Shown here one piece after another: positions 37,864 through 47,663 of a stretch of 64,000 nucleotides of DNA. The notes beneath the pieces were generated by a model that searched no databases, was not told where the DNA came from, and was given only the letters and a program-made list of their open reading frames with translations. Position 1 is the stretch's first letter. Every line of letters starts with the position of its first letter. The DNA is from an uncultured delta proteobacterium (GTDB lineage: Bacteria; Myxococcota_A; Polyangia; Polyangiales; B10-G4), in assembly GCA_963727445.1 (NCBI GenBank), contig CAVSGI010000027.1:320001-384000 (forward strand), in the 5' to 3' direction. The position numbers and the translations under genes are program-made.

Positions 37864-37893
37864 AGGCCGGCCCTTTTGGGGGCCGGCCTCTTT
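37864..37893. terminator. Probable bidirectional intrinsic terminator
   Basis: aggccggccc-ttttgg-gggccggcct stem between convergent genes, A-rich before and T-rich after. Confidence 0.65.
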
Positions 37894-37914
37894 CGTGTCG
37901 CGACGAGCCTCGGG

Positions 37915-39738
37915 CTACTGCCGCTCGCAGGTCGGGGCGCGCTCGTTGGTCTGGCCGAGCTGGTAGACCTCGCTCGAGCCGCAGGCGTCGCGCACCGCGT
38001 TGCGGTAGTCGTCGACCTGCTGCCAGGTCATGGAGATGGGCACCAGGCCCAGGCTGTCGATCATGCGGATGGGCACGTTGCTGTCGCCGTTGCGGACGCG
38101 CTCCATCATTCCGTCGTAGTCGTCGACGCCGCGGTTCCAGGCGAACTCGAAGTTGTCCTTGAAGTCCTGGAGCAGCTGGGTGTGCGCCTGACCGTCGAAG
38201 ATCATCACGTTCTCGAAGGTCTTGAACTCGGAGTTGAAGGAGAGGTTGTAGCTGCCGGTCACGATCCAGCGGCCGTCGATGATCATCGACTTGTGGTGCA
38301 TCTGCTGGAAGCTGTAGTGCCAGTTGTAGCTGTAGTACTTGATGCGGAGCTCGTGGTTGGGGTTGTCCGAGAAGGCGTCTGCGACTTGGGCCGAGTAGTA
38401 CATCCCCGTCTCACAGTTCATGTGCTGCGTCTCGGTCGACGCGTCGGCGTAGCACTCCTCGAGGTCGCTCAGCATCTGCTGCATCTTGTACGCCGTCACG
38501 TACTCCTGGTTGTCCTGGTAGACGCGGATCTCGATATCCGGGTCGGCCGCTGCCTTGGCGATGAGGGCGTTGGCGATGGGCACCGAGCGCAGGCGCTCGG
38601 AGAAGATCCAGATGCTCTCCTCGGCGCTGTTGATCATGTCGATCCAGCGCTGAGCGACCTGGTAGCCGTTGCTCTTGTCGGCGGTGAGACCGCGCGAGGT
38701 GACCTTGAAGTTCTGCGAGGTGAAGATGGCGTCCACCGTGGGGTCGTCCACCGCCGCGATCATGTCGTCGGTGATCTCCACGGACTGGAAGTAGTTGGTG
38801 GTGTCGTCGTAGCCCGTGTCGACCGCGCCCGAGTTGTCCCAGAGGTAGTTGAACTCGCGCTGGAAGCGAAGCGCCATCTCCGGGCTGTTCTCGATGATGA
38901 CGGTCGACTCGTCGTAGGTGTCCACGGCGCCGCTCGACCAGTTCGCGCTGCCGGAGGAGATGATGGTCTGCGCCGGGTCGTCACCCTCGTTCTGCACGCC
39001 GTCGAAGATGGCGAACTTGTGGTGATTGATCTGACCGGAGTCGCGGACCTCGATGCCGGCGCGCTCGAGCTCGGTCTCGAGCCCACCGCCCAGGTGTCCG
39101 CGGTCGTACATGACGCGGATGCGGATGCGGTCGGCGTTCGCCAGGACCGCCGCCTTGATGTCCGGCTGGCTGAAGCTGTAGATCGAGACGTCGGCGCTGC
39201 GCTCCGCGGTGTTGAAGAGCTGGACGAGCCGCGCCGCGTGGCTCTGCGCGAAATCGGTGGCGGGCGAGAAGATCACACCCACGTCTGCGCCATCGCCAGT
39301 CGGGGTGTCACAGGCCGACTCGGACGCCGCGTGAAGCGCCTCGAAGGTGCTCGGGCCAACGTACTTCACGTCGTCGATCGCCTGCGCATCCGGAAACTGC
39401 CGGAAGCTGGGCTCGAAGCCTGCGGGCAGGTCGCCGGCCGGACAGTCCTGGTCGGTGTTCATCCCCATGCGCCACCAGACGAGGCACTTGGCGGCGGTCC
39501 CGTAGACGCCCTGGTCACGCAGGGCGGCGCGGGCCGGGCCCTCGTCCTCCAGCGTGGAGACCGGGACCTGGTTCACGAAGTCGGTGATGGCGCCGAGCTC
39601 GCACTCCGTGTACGGCCCGTCCGCCTTGCCCGCGGCGATCCCCGCCGAATCCCGGGCGTCCTCGCCGGGGCCTTGGACTGCGCAGGCGCCCATGAGGGCC
39701 AGTGCAGCGAGAAGGGTGATGCGAGTGCGAAAAGACAT
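37915..39738 (-). CDS. Phospholipase D-superfamily lipoprotein (two HKD motifs) with HhH-like motif
   Basis: Lipobox LMGAC, GKADG; HHKFAIFD..GSANWS and HHKSMIID..GSYNLS; IDDVKYVGPST. Confidence 0.85.
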   Translation of the reverse strand: MSFRTRITLLAALALMGACAVQGPGEDARDSAGIAAGKADGPYTECELGAITDFVNQVPVSTLEDEGPARAALRDQGVYGTAAKCLVWWRMGMNTDQDCPAGDLPAGFEPSFRQFPDAQAIDDVKYVGPSTFEALHAASESACDTPTGDGADVGVIFSPATDFAQSHAARLVQLFNTAERSADVSIYSFSQPDIKAAVLANADRIRIRVMYDRGHLGGGLETELERAGIEVRDSGQINHHKFAIFDGVQNEGDDPAQTIISSGSANWSSGAVDTYDESTVIIENSPEMALRFQREFNYLWDNSGAVDTGYDDTTNYFQSVEITDDMIAAVDDPTVDAIFTSQNFKVTSRGLTADKSNGYQVAQRWIDMINSAEESIWIFSERLRSVPIANALIAKAAADPDIEIRVYQDNQEYVTAYKMQQMLSDLEECYADASTETQHMNCETGMYYSAQVADAFSDNPNHELRIKYYSYNWHYSFQQMHHKSMIIDGRWIVTGSYNLSFNSEFKTFENVMIFDGQAHTQLLQDFKDNFEFAWNRGVDDYDGMMERVRNGDSNVPIRMIDSLGLVPISMTWQQVDDYRNAVRDACGSSEVYQLGQTNERAPTCERQ

Positions 39739-39906
39739 TGGATGATTCCTCCCTAACCTGCGCGTTCCTAGAGCAAGGGTTGCGCCAACGCCCGAACGAG
39801 GATTTCGCCAGTCATTTCCATGACATGATCGACGTGGTGGCAGGCGATCGGTGGCGGCTACTCTAGCCGCCACGGGCGCGGGAGGAGGCTGCTACCATCC
39901 GCGCCC

Positions 39907-40248
39907 ATGGGACTGTCGCAGCTGAACGACGAAGAGCTCGTGGCCCTGGCGGGGCTGATGCGCGAGGTGATCCAGGCGGACCACGAGTACACCGAAGCGG
40001 AGCGCCAGCGCGTGGACGAGCTCGCCGCCGAGATCGGGGAGGAGCGCTTCGCCAAGGTCTTCGACGAAGCCAAGCGCACCCTCACCTCGCGACACGAGGT
40101 CAAGGAACACGCCAAGACCGTCGCCCGGCCCGAGGCCCGGCGCGCCATCTTCGACTTCCTGATGCGCCTCTCCGCCGCCGACGGCGTCGACCGTGACGAG
40201 GAGAAGCCGCTGCGGTGGCTGATTTCCTGGTGGGACCTGGGCTCCTGA
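39907..40248 (+). CDS. TerB-like small protein
   Basis: VIQADHEYTEAE and LSAADGVDRDEE metal-binding-type helices. Confidence 0.65.
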   Translation: MGLSQLNDEELVALAGLMREVIQADHEYTEAERQRVDELAAEIGEERFAKVFDEAKRTLTSRHEVKEHAKTVARPEARRAIFDFLMRLSAADGVDRDEEKPLRWLISWWDLGS

Positions 40249-40259
40249 GCACGTAGACG

Positions 40260-41435
40260 TCAGCGGCGAAGGTAGACGAAGCCGTCCTCGTCCTTCGTGC
40301 CGGTGTCACCCGTGCGAAGGGCGCCGTCCCGGAAGCGGTCGGCGTTGCCCTCCCAGTCGTCGAGATAGCCCCGGGTCACGCCGGGGCCGCGGACGATGAT
40401 CGCGCCCTCCTCGCCGGATGGGAGGGGCTCGCCGCCCTCGCCGATCACCTCGAGGGTGGTGTCCGACAGACCCCGGCCGATCGAGTCGGCGCGGTCGGGA
40501 TGGGCGTGCACGGGATGGACGCTGACGAGCCCCGTCGCCTCGGCCTGAGCATAGAGGGTGAAGAGCTCGGGCGAGGCGTGCGCGAGGAGCGACTCCCGGA
40601 TGTGCGGAGCGCGGGCTCCCCCCGGCACGGCGACATAGCGGAGATGCTCGAAGGAGCGGTCCCGGAAGTCGGTCTCCTCGATGAGCGCCTCGAGTGCCTG
40701 CGGGCGAGCATAGAGGCCGGTAGCGCGCGCGGCCTCGAGGGCACCGATGAGCGCATCGGGACGGGACGCCGTACCGTGAAGCGACCCGCCCACCCACAGA
40801 TGCGTGTGGAGCAGGGCCGCTCCGACCGGATCGTCGATGGGCAACGTCATCGAGGTCCGCTCCCCCGCGCGGAGCGAGAGGGCCGCGACGACGGCCCGCG
40901 TATTGGCTTCGAGGTTGTCGTGGCCGATGCGCACCGCGCGTGGGGCGCCCGCCGGCGAAACCGCGAAGAAGAGCGCCGCGATGCCGAGCAGATCCTCGGG
41001 GTCGTGATCCCGACCGAAGCCACCGGCGACGTGAGAGCTCCTGAGCGGTTCGGGGCCGATGATCACGTGCTCGACGTTCCCCGAGCAGACGATGCCCGCG
41101 AAACGCGCCGCGAGATCTTCGTGCACCAGCGCGAAGCGCGGCGCAGCGAGCGCGATGCGCGCTTCGAGGGCGGCGTCCTCATGAGAGCTCGACAGCGGCA
41201 CCGCCACACACTCCGCTTCCATCGCCGCCAGATAAGCTGCGACGCCGAAGGCCGACGGGTCGGCGAAGACCACCGCCCGATCCCCCGGCACCACCTTCAC
41301 GCTGCGGATCGCCTCCACGAGGCGCTGCACACGCGCGCGAAGCGCATAGTAAGTGAGCTCGTGCTCTCCCTCGACGACCGCGAGACGCGGGCCGTCCGCG
41401 CGATTCAACAAGCTCCGGCTGAAGGATGGGGTCAA
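40260..41435 (-). CDS. Degenerate/truncated AMP-binding (adenylate-forming) protein
   Basis: LTYYAL, YAQAE, GYLDD, LRTGD.G..DEDG; TTG start overlaps MFS stop; ends before the C-terminal subdomain. Confidence 0.7.
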   Translation of the reverse strand: MTPSFSRSLLNRADGPRLAVVEGEHELTYYALRARVQRLVEAIRSVKVVPGDRAVVFADPSAFGVAAYLAAMEAECVAVPLSSSHEDAALEARIALAAPRFALVHEDLAARFAGIVCSGNVEHVIIGPEPLRSSHVAGGFGRDHDPEDLLGIAALFFAVSPAGAPRAVRIGHDNLEANTRAVVAALSLRAGERTSMTLPIDDPVGAALLHTHLWVGGSLHGTASRPDALIGALEAARATGLYARPQALEALIEETDFRDRSFEHLRYVAVPGGARAPHIRESLLAHASPELFTLYAQAEATGLVSVHPVHAHPDRADSIGRGLSDTTLEVIGEGGEPLPSGEEGAIIVRGPGVTRGYLDDWEGNADRFRDGALRTGDTGTKDEDGFVYLRR

Positions 41436-42521
41436 AGCTCTTCGGTCTCCGGCTCTTTCTTTCGGCCCCCGAGCGCGAACCAGTAGACCACCGGCACGAG
41501 GCCGATGCCCGCGATGGCCCAGCCGCCGGTGGTCCCCGCCGCGGCGAGGAGCGCGCCGATCACCATGCCTGGATCGCTCGACAGATTGAAGAGGGCGAAC
41601 TTCTGGGCGCTCTCCGGCAAGCCCGCGAAGTTGTGATAGCCGTAGAACGCGAGCAGGGCGTGGCTCACCGCCACCGCGAAGATCGCCTCCCCCGCGTCGA
41701 AGCCGGCGAAGACGGCGAGGGTCAGCGTCAGCGTCAACGGCACGACCACGTTCAGACCGACCCGGGAGAAGCGCCGCAGGAGGAGCGCGCCCAGCACCTG
41801 GCCGACCATGAAGATGCCGGCGAGGATCAACAAGATGGTGAAGTACGACAGCGACGGGAAGTAGCGCGGAGCGAGCGCGCTCAGGAACGCGAGCATGTAG
41901 CCGTAGGTCATCTTCGCCGCGAAGAGCGGGAAGAAGAGCAACAGCCCCCGAGGCGCGTCCGCGAGGGCCGCGCGGTCGGCCTCGGTCGATTCGCTGGGCG
42001 CGGTCTTCGGCTGCGCCCAGAGCGCGAGCGCGCTCGCGGCGATGAGCCCCGCGAAGGTCAGCAGCGCCCCGGCCGGTCCCGCGTGGGGCACGACGGCGTC
42101 GACCACCAGCGGCCCGCTGACGAAGCCGCCGGCGAAGACCGAGTTCAACCAGGCGACGCGCTTCTCGGCCGCGCCCCAGCTCTCGAGCCGGATGATGTGG
42201 ACGAAGAGCAGCGGCAGGGTGAGCCCCGAGGCGATGCCCTCCATGAAGCGACCGGTCAGAAAGCCCACGTCGCTCATGAGCGCCGCCATGTAGACCAGCG
42301 CCGCCGCGAAGGCGAGCTCGTAGACAGGCAGGGCCCCCCAGGGCTTCGACAGCGCGGGCCAGCGCCAGATCGAGAGCTGGCCCAACACCATCCCGAAGAA
42401 ATAGAGGGCGAAGGCGTAGGGCGCCCGAATCCCCCATCTGCTCGTTCAGGACGGGGATCATGCCGCTCGCGAAGGCGCCGTGCAGGAACACGAGCGCCAT
42501 GAGCACGGAGCGGATGACCAT
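41432..42521 (-). CDS. MFS-like transporter, apparent +1 frameshift near 42430
   Basis: Many TM segments, GRFMEGIASG; first TM in frame of ORF 40260..42554, remainder in ORF 41432..42391. Confidence 0.7.
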
Positions 42522-42565
42522 GGCTCTAACTACCAGGGCCGGCGGCGCTGGCATACCCTCGCCCT

Positions 42566-43471
42566 GTGAGACGACCGACCGCCGGCCTGCTCGCCTCTTT
42601 CGACCTGCTCTTCGTCCTGCTCTTCGTGGTCGTCGTGGGGACGCCCCTGGGCGCGGTCGCTCTGCTCTTCGACTACGTCGGCCGCCACCTGCCCTTCTGG
42701 CTCAACGCCGGGCTGCTCCCCGCCTACGGGCTCCTCGTCCTCTTCGGCATGACGGTGGTCGTCCGCTTCGTCCGCCTCTTCTTGCCGCGCGTCGAGGCCG
42801 GCACCTTCAAGATGCCCTCCAGCCCGAAGGCGCGCGCCTGGTTTCTTCACTTCGCCCTGCAGCGCATCCTCTACCTCCCGCTCTGGCGGCCTCTCTATTT
42901 CTCCATCGCCGCCCTCCGCACCGCGGCCCTCCGCGCGCTCGGGGCGCGGGTCCCGATGGCGATCAGCACCGCCTCCGATCCTCAGCTCCTCGACCCCGCG
43001 CTCCTCACCATCGGCAAAGGCGCGGTGATCGGCGCCGGCGTGATGACCACCTGCCACTTCATGCTCGCCAACCGGCTGCGGCTGGCCGAGGTCAGGATCG
43101 GCGCGGACGCTCAGCTCCACGAGTCGGCGAAGATCGCCCTCGGCGTGACCATCGGCGAGGGCGCGGTCATCGGGCCGGAGTCCTTCATCGGTCCCGACTG
43201 TCAGATCGGCGCGGGGGCGCGCATCGGCGGGGGCTGCCGCTTCGTCGGCACGGCCGAGATCGGCGAGCGCGCCAAGATCGGCGTCCTGGTCGTCGTGGAG
43301 CAAGGCGTGAAGATCGGCGCGGGCGCGCGGGTGGCGGCGGGAACCACGGTTCCAAAGGGCACCATCGTCGAAGCGCGCGGCCGCTACCCCGCCGCCGCTC
43401 AGGACGAGGACGAGGACGACGACGAAGGCGAAGAGGTCGCGGGCGCCCTGCGCAGCGGATCGACGATCTGA
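42566..43471 (+). CDS. Membrane-anchored hexapeptide-repeat (left-handed beta-helix) acyltransferase-like protein
   Basis: Two N-terminal TMs, LRALGARV, repeated IGxGAxIG hexapeptides. Confidence 0.8.
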   Translation: MRRPTAGLLASFDLLFVLLFVVVVGTPLGAVALLFDYVGRHLPFWLNAGLLPAYGLLVLFGMTVVVRFVRLFLPRVEAGTFKMPSSPKARAWFLHFALQRILYLPLWRPLYFSIAALRTAALRALGARVPMAISTASDPQLLDPALLTIGKGAVIGAGVMTTCHFMLANRLRLAEVRIGADAQLHESAKIALGVTIGEGAVIGPESFIGPDCQIGAGARIGGGCRFVGTAEIGERAKIGVLVVVEQGVKIGAGARVAAGTTVPKGTIVEARGRYPAAAQDEDEDDDEGEEVAGALRSGSTI

Positions 43472-44325
43472 CCCCAGAAGCCCGGCGAGGTGGGGTCGTC
43501 GACCACGCCGACGTCGACCTTGCCCTTCCCGGCGCGCGCACGGCTCTGCGGGCTGGTGTAGGTGCGAAAGAGAATGTCCCAGACGACGAGGGCCGTGCCG
43601 TAGTTGGTGTTGCCTTCCACGCGGTCGATCGAGTGGTGGATGCGATGGGCGTTCGGTCCCATGAGCACGTACTCGAGCGGGCCGAGACGAAAGTCGACGT
43701 TCGAGTGATCGAAGACGCCCAGCATGGAATTGACGACGACGAAAGGCAGGATCACCTCCGGGCCCGCGCCGAGAGCGATGGCGGGGCCGAAGAGGAAGGG
43801 CTGCTGAAGGAAGCGCTCGACGATGTGATTGCGTGAGGTCTTGAAGACGTTCATCGCGCCGACGCTGTGATGAAGGACGTGGTAGCGCCACAGGTACGGC
43901 ACCTCGTGCATCGTGCGGTGCTGGACGTAACGGCCGAGGTCCGCCAACAGAAAGAGCAGCACCACCTGAAGCAGCATCGGCAGCGACGAGGGCCAGAGGC
44001 TCCCGCCAGTGCGCTCCGCGATGAAGGCTGCGGCGAGCCCGAAGAGCCCGAAGGCCGCGAGGTTGCCGAGCTGGCCACCGAGGAGCGTGCCGAAGATCGA
44101 GTGACCGACGTCGTTCAGGCGCTGCCCGTCGCTCCCCACCCAGTCCTCGCGGTAGGGCACGAGCACCTCGAGCCCCCAAACGACGAAGAAGATCGCGAGG
44201 CTCATCGCCAACAGCACCAGCCCTTCGGCGTAGCCCGCACCCAGGAGCGCGAAGGTCGCCCAGCCGCCGGCCACCATCAGCCCGGGCATGCCGAGATAAC
44301 GGACGAGCCAGCGAAACGTTTCCAT
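43399..44325 (-). CDS. Sterol desaturase / fatty acid hydroxylase family protein
   Basis: His boxes YVQHRTMH, YHVLHHS, DHSN, HRIHHS; NYG...WDILFRTY. Confidence 0.9.
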   Translation of the reverse strand: METFRWLVRYLGMPGLMVAGGWATFALLGAGYAEGLVLLAMSLAIFFVVWGLEVLVPYREDWVGSDGQRLNDVGHSIFGTLLGGQLGNLAAFGLFGLAAAFIAERTGGSLWPSSLPMLLQVVLLFLLADLGRYVQHRTMHEVPYLWRYHVLHHSVGAMNVFKTSRNHIVERFLQQPFLFGPAIALGAGPEVILPFVVVNSMLGVFDHSNVDFRLGPLEYVLMGPNAHRIHHSIDRVEGNTNYGTALVVWDILFRTYTSPQSRARAGKGKVDVGVVDDPTSPGFWGQIVDPLRRAPATSSPSSSSSSSS

Positions 44326-44335
44326 CGCGGTGATC

Positions 44336-45868
44336 CTAGTCGATCGGCTCGTGCACGAGGAGCCGGGGCTTGGATTGGGCGTGCTCGTCGCGCGTCCACA
44401 CGGGGTGATCGCGGCCGACCTTGCGCAGCACCACCGCGCGCAGGACGCCGCCCGAGGCGTACTTTTCGTACATTGGATTGATGCGCCTCAGCGTCGCCTC
44501 GAGCCGCGCCAGCTGTTCGTCGTCGGCGTCGCCGGTGGTGCAGAGCTCGAGGCGGTCGCCGCTCGGGGCGGGCGCGAAGATGCGGGCGCCGATCCCGTCG
44601 AGCCCGGCCGCGTGGATCGCCTGCACCAGCTCGGGCTCGCTGATACACGCCGGGCCCAGGCTGATCTCGTGGCTCGACTTGTGACTGAAGTGGATCACCG
44701 GCGAGCGATGAAGCCGGCCGGTGCAGCGGACCACGTCCTTGAGGCGATAGCGCACGAGGCCCATGGCCGTGGTCAGGACGAGCTCGTAGTCGTGGCCCGG
44801 CTCGACCTCCCAGAGCGGCAGGAGGTTGTCAGCGCGGGGCTCGACGCCGACGGGGAGGAACTCGAAGACGTGCGCGCCCGGATGGACGGCGCCCCCGACG
44901 CGCCCGTCGGCGTAAGGCACGTTCACCCAGCCCTCGGTCGCCGAGTAGGTCGCGTCGACGAGGGGGACGCGCCCTCCGAGGAAGCGCTCGAGGCTCGGGA
45001 GCTGCATGCCGCAGGTGGCCGCCTTCCAGCAGACGATCACCGAGAGGCCCGGCCACGCTTTCGAAAAGAGGAAGTCGCCGCCGCGAAGCGCCTCGCGGAT
45101 CGCGCGCAGACGCGCTGGCGTCACGTGCACCTTCGGAAGCGGCGCGGGAGGATCGGCGCGCCCTTCGAGGATGGGAAGGTACGTGTCCGCGCGCGCCGCG
45201 AGCCGCTCCGCGAAGCGCACCAGGATCGCCGGGGTGATCCCGATCATCGCCGACAGATCGGCGGCGAGCGCGTAGAGCGGCCCCCAGTCGAAGAAGGTCT
45301 CGGCGTCGGCGAGCACCTCGAGCGGGAACGCGTAGAGCTTCCGCAGGTAGGCGGGGATGTTCCGGTAGTTGTAGTTGCTGATGAAGCCGACCTCGACGCC
45401 GGTGGGGGAGCGCTCGACGGGCATCGACCCCGCGAAGTAGAGGATGGGGCCGCGGAGCATGCCGGCGTGACGGCGCACCAGCGCGTTCAGGAAGGGCGGC
45501 GTGGTCGTCTGAAACTGCGCGCGGTAGGGCTCGGTGATGGGGAAGAGCTTGCGCGGACCGGTGCTCCCCGCGCTCTCGGACCAGAAGCGGACCTTCGAGC
45601 GCGCGAGCTGATTCGTCGGCTCCGAAAAGGAGCGACCGAGCGCCTCGCGGTAGGTCTCGTATTCGGTGAGGGGAAAGCGCGAGAGCTCGGGCGCGGCGCC
45701 CGAGCCGCCCATGCGCTCTCGCCAGAAAGGCGCGGCTCCGATCTCGTTCCAGGTCTCGCTCCACACCCGCGCTTCTGCCCCCATCGGGTCGGCGCAATCC
45801 GCGAGGAACGCCCGGCGCTTGCCTCGGCTGGTCGCGAGCAGGAGTGGACGCGCGACCCGGGTGATCAC
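44336..45868 (-). CDS. GH3 family acyl-acid amido synthetase-like protein
   Basis: SAGSTGPRKLFPIT, YSATEG, ELVLTT..GLVRYRLKDVV correspond to GH3 motifs I-III; GTG start overlaps the upstream stop. Confidence 0.82.
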   Translation of the reverse strand: MITRVARPLLLATSRGKRRAFLADCADPMGAEARVWSETWNEIGAAPFWRERMGGSGAAPELSRFPLTEYETYREALGRSFSEPTNQLARSKVRFWSESAGSTGPRKLFPITEPYRAQFQTTTPPFLNALVRRHAGMLRGPILYFAGSMPVERSPTGVEVGFISNYNYRNIPAYLRKLYAFPLEVLADAETFFDWGPLYALAADLSAMIGITPAILVRFAERLAARADTYLPILEGRADPPAPLPKVHVTPARLRAIREALRGGDFLFSKAWPGLSVIVCWKAATCGMQLPSLERFLGGRVPLVDATYSATEGWVNVPYADGRVGGAVHPGAHVFEFLPVGVEPRADNLLPLWEVEPGHDYELVLTTAMGLVRYRLKDVVRCTGRLHRSPVIHFSHKSSHEISLGPACISEPELVQAIHAAGLDGIGARIFAPAPSGDRLELCTTGDADDEQLARLEATLRRINPMYEKYASGGVLRAVVLRKVGRDHPVWTRDEHAQSKPRLLVHEPID

Positions 45869-47421
45869 AGCGGGATGTTGGGGTGATGCCGCGGCGGCAG
45901 GTCGCGGTCGGGTCGTTCGGCGAGAAGCGCGAGCGCCGAGGCGATCTCGCGCCGCGCGTCCTCGGGCCGGATGACGCGGTCGACGAAGCCGGCGTGGGCG
46001 GCGCGCTCCATCGCGTCGTAGCCCTCGCCGAAGCGCGCCTCGACCTCGGCTGCCGCGTCCGCGCCCTCCCCGCCGCCGAAGGTGCGGTGACTCGCGACCG
46101 CCTGCGCCGCCGCCGTGCCCATCGGCTGCACCCGCGCGAAGGGAAAGGCGAGGCGCAGGTCCGCCGGATAGGCGAGGACGTTGCCGCCGCCATAGCTCTT
46201 GCGGACGATCAGCGAGACCAGCGGCGAGCGACAGGCGGCGTAGGCGGCGATGAGCTTCGCGCCGTGGAGCAAGAGGCCGCCCTGCTCCTGGCGCTTGCCC
46301 GGCAGAAAGCCCGGCACGTCGCAGAGGGTGACGATGGGCAGGCCGAAGGCGCTCATGAGCTGGATGAAGCGCGCCCCCTTTCGCGACGCGTCCACATCGA
46401 GGCAGCCCGCGTTGTGCGAGGGTTGGCTCGCGACGATGCCGACGGGGCGCCCGCCCACGCGGCAAAGGCCCACGACCAGGCTGCGGGCATAGTCGGCCGA
46501 CAGCTCCAGGAACGAGCCCTCGTCCACGATGGCGCGCACGAGCTTCTTCACGTCGTAGCCCTTGCGCTCGTCGGTGGGCACGATGCGCGTCACCTCGGGC
46601 GTCGCGCGGTCCGTGGGGTCCGAGGCCTCGGTCGTGGGGGGCGGCTGTGCGGCCGAGGACGGAAGATAGGCGAGCACGCGCCGGGCGTAGTCGAGGCACG
46701 CCTTTTCGTCGGCGGCGTGCAGCTGAACGAGGCCGGTGGTGCCCGCGTGCATCGGCACGCCCCCGATCTCCTCGATCGGCGCGTCCTGACCGGTGACGAT
46801 CTTGGTGACCTTGCTCCCGGTCACGAAGAGGAAGCCGGTCTCGTCGTGACCGATGATCACGTCCATCAGCGCCGAGCTGTAGGCCGCGCCGCCGACCGAG
46901 AGGCCGAGCACGACGCCGATCTGCGGCACCCACCCCGACAGATTCGCGGTGCGACCGAGGATCTCGGCGAAGCCCGCCAGCGCCTCGGGCCCCTCGTCCA
47001 CCCGCACGCCGTCCGAATCCTGGATCGCCACCACCGGCAGGCGCTGGCGGCGCGCGACGTCGAGGAGGCGGATGATCTTGCGCGCGCCGCCCACGCTGAG
47101 CGCGCCGCGAAGCACCGTCGGGTCGTGCGCGTAGACCGCGACGCGGCGCCCGTCGATACGACCGAACCCACAGACCACCCCATCGCCGAGGGCGCCGGTC
47201 TCTCCGTCTCCGCCCTTCGAGATCTGGGTGAGCTTGCCGAGCTCGCTGAAGCTCTCGGAATCGAGGAGCGCCTCGATCCGCTCGCGCACCAGGAGCCGGC
47301 CCAGACGTCGCTGCCGGCGCTGCAGCTTGTCGCCGCCGCCGCGCTCGGCTTCCGCTTCGAGCTCGGCCAGGCGCGACAGGTCCGGGTGCTCCGTCGCTTC
47401 CTCGTCTCCGCTCGCGCTCAT
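45865..47421 (-). CDS. Acyl-CoA carboxyltransferase (beta-subunit-like)
   Basis: RERIEALLD, DGVVCGFGRIDGR, GGAAYS, DVPGFLPG..QEQGG, RKSYGG. Confidence 0.9.
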   Translation of the reverse strand: MSASGDEEATEHPDLSRLAELEAEAERGGGDKLQRRQRRLGRLLVRERIEALLDSESFSELGKLTQISKGGDGETGALGDGVVCGFGRIDGRRVAVYAHDPTVLRGALSVGGARKIIRLLDVARRQRLPVVAIQDSDGVRVDEGPEALAGFAEILGRTANLSGWVPQIGVVLGLSVGGAAYSSALMDVIIGHDETGFLFVTGSKVTKIVTGQDAPIEEIGGVPMHAGTTGLVQLHAADEKACLDYARRVLAYLPSSAAQPPPTTEASDPTDRATPEVTRIVPTDERKGYDVKKLVRAIVDEGSFLELSADYARSLVVGLCRVGGRPVGIVASQPSHNAGCLDVDASRKGARFIQLMSAFGLPIVTLCDVPGFLPGKRQEQGGLLLHGAKLIAAYAACRSPLVSLIVRKSYGGGNVLAYPADLRLAFPFARVQPMGTAAAQAVASHRTFGGGEGADAAAEVEARFGEGYDAMERAAHAGFVDRVIRPEDARREIASALALLAERPDRDLPPRHHPNIPL

Positions 47422-47663
47422 CCGCCGGTCTTCTCGGCGACGAAGTCGACGAGCATCGCCACGTTCTGGATCTCCTGGTAGGCCTCCGTGGGCGCCTTGA
47501 AGCCGAAGTCCTTCTGCAGGAGCAGGATGAAGTCGACGATGTCGAGGCTGTCGAGACCGAAGGTGCCGCGGAAGGTCGCGTCGTCGGTGATCTTGGCCTC
47601 GGGGACGTCGAAGTCGTTCGAGAGGATGTTCGCGATCTTCTGCCGGATCTCGTCCTTGCTCAC
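47418..47663 (-). CDS. Acyl carrier protein 1
   Basis: 81 aa, acidic, GLDSLDIVD phosphopantetheine motif; coupled to both neighbours. Confidence 0.9.
   Translation of the reverse strand: MSKDEIRQKIANILSNDFDVPEAKITDDATFRGTFGLDSLDIVDFILLLQKDFGFKAPTEAYQEIQNVAMLVDFVAEKTGG

Noticed and set aside
40260..42554. 764-aa MFS/AMP-binding fusion
   Set aside because: The middle is an Arg-rich off-frame read of the MFS; explained by a frameshift plus a coupled TTG start at 41435.
44336..46933. 865-aa extended GH3 ORF
   Set aside because: The first 355 codons overlap the carboxyltransferase out of frame; the real start is likely 45868.
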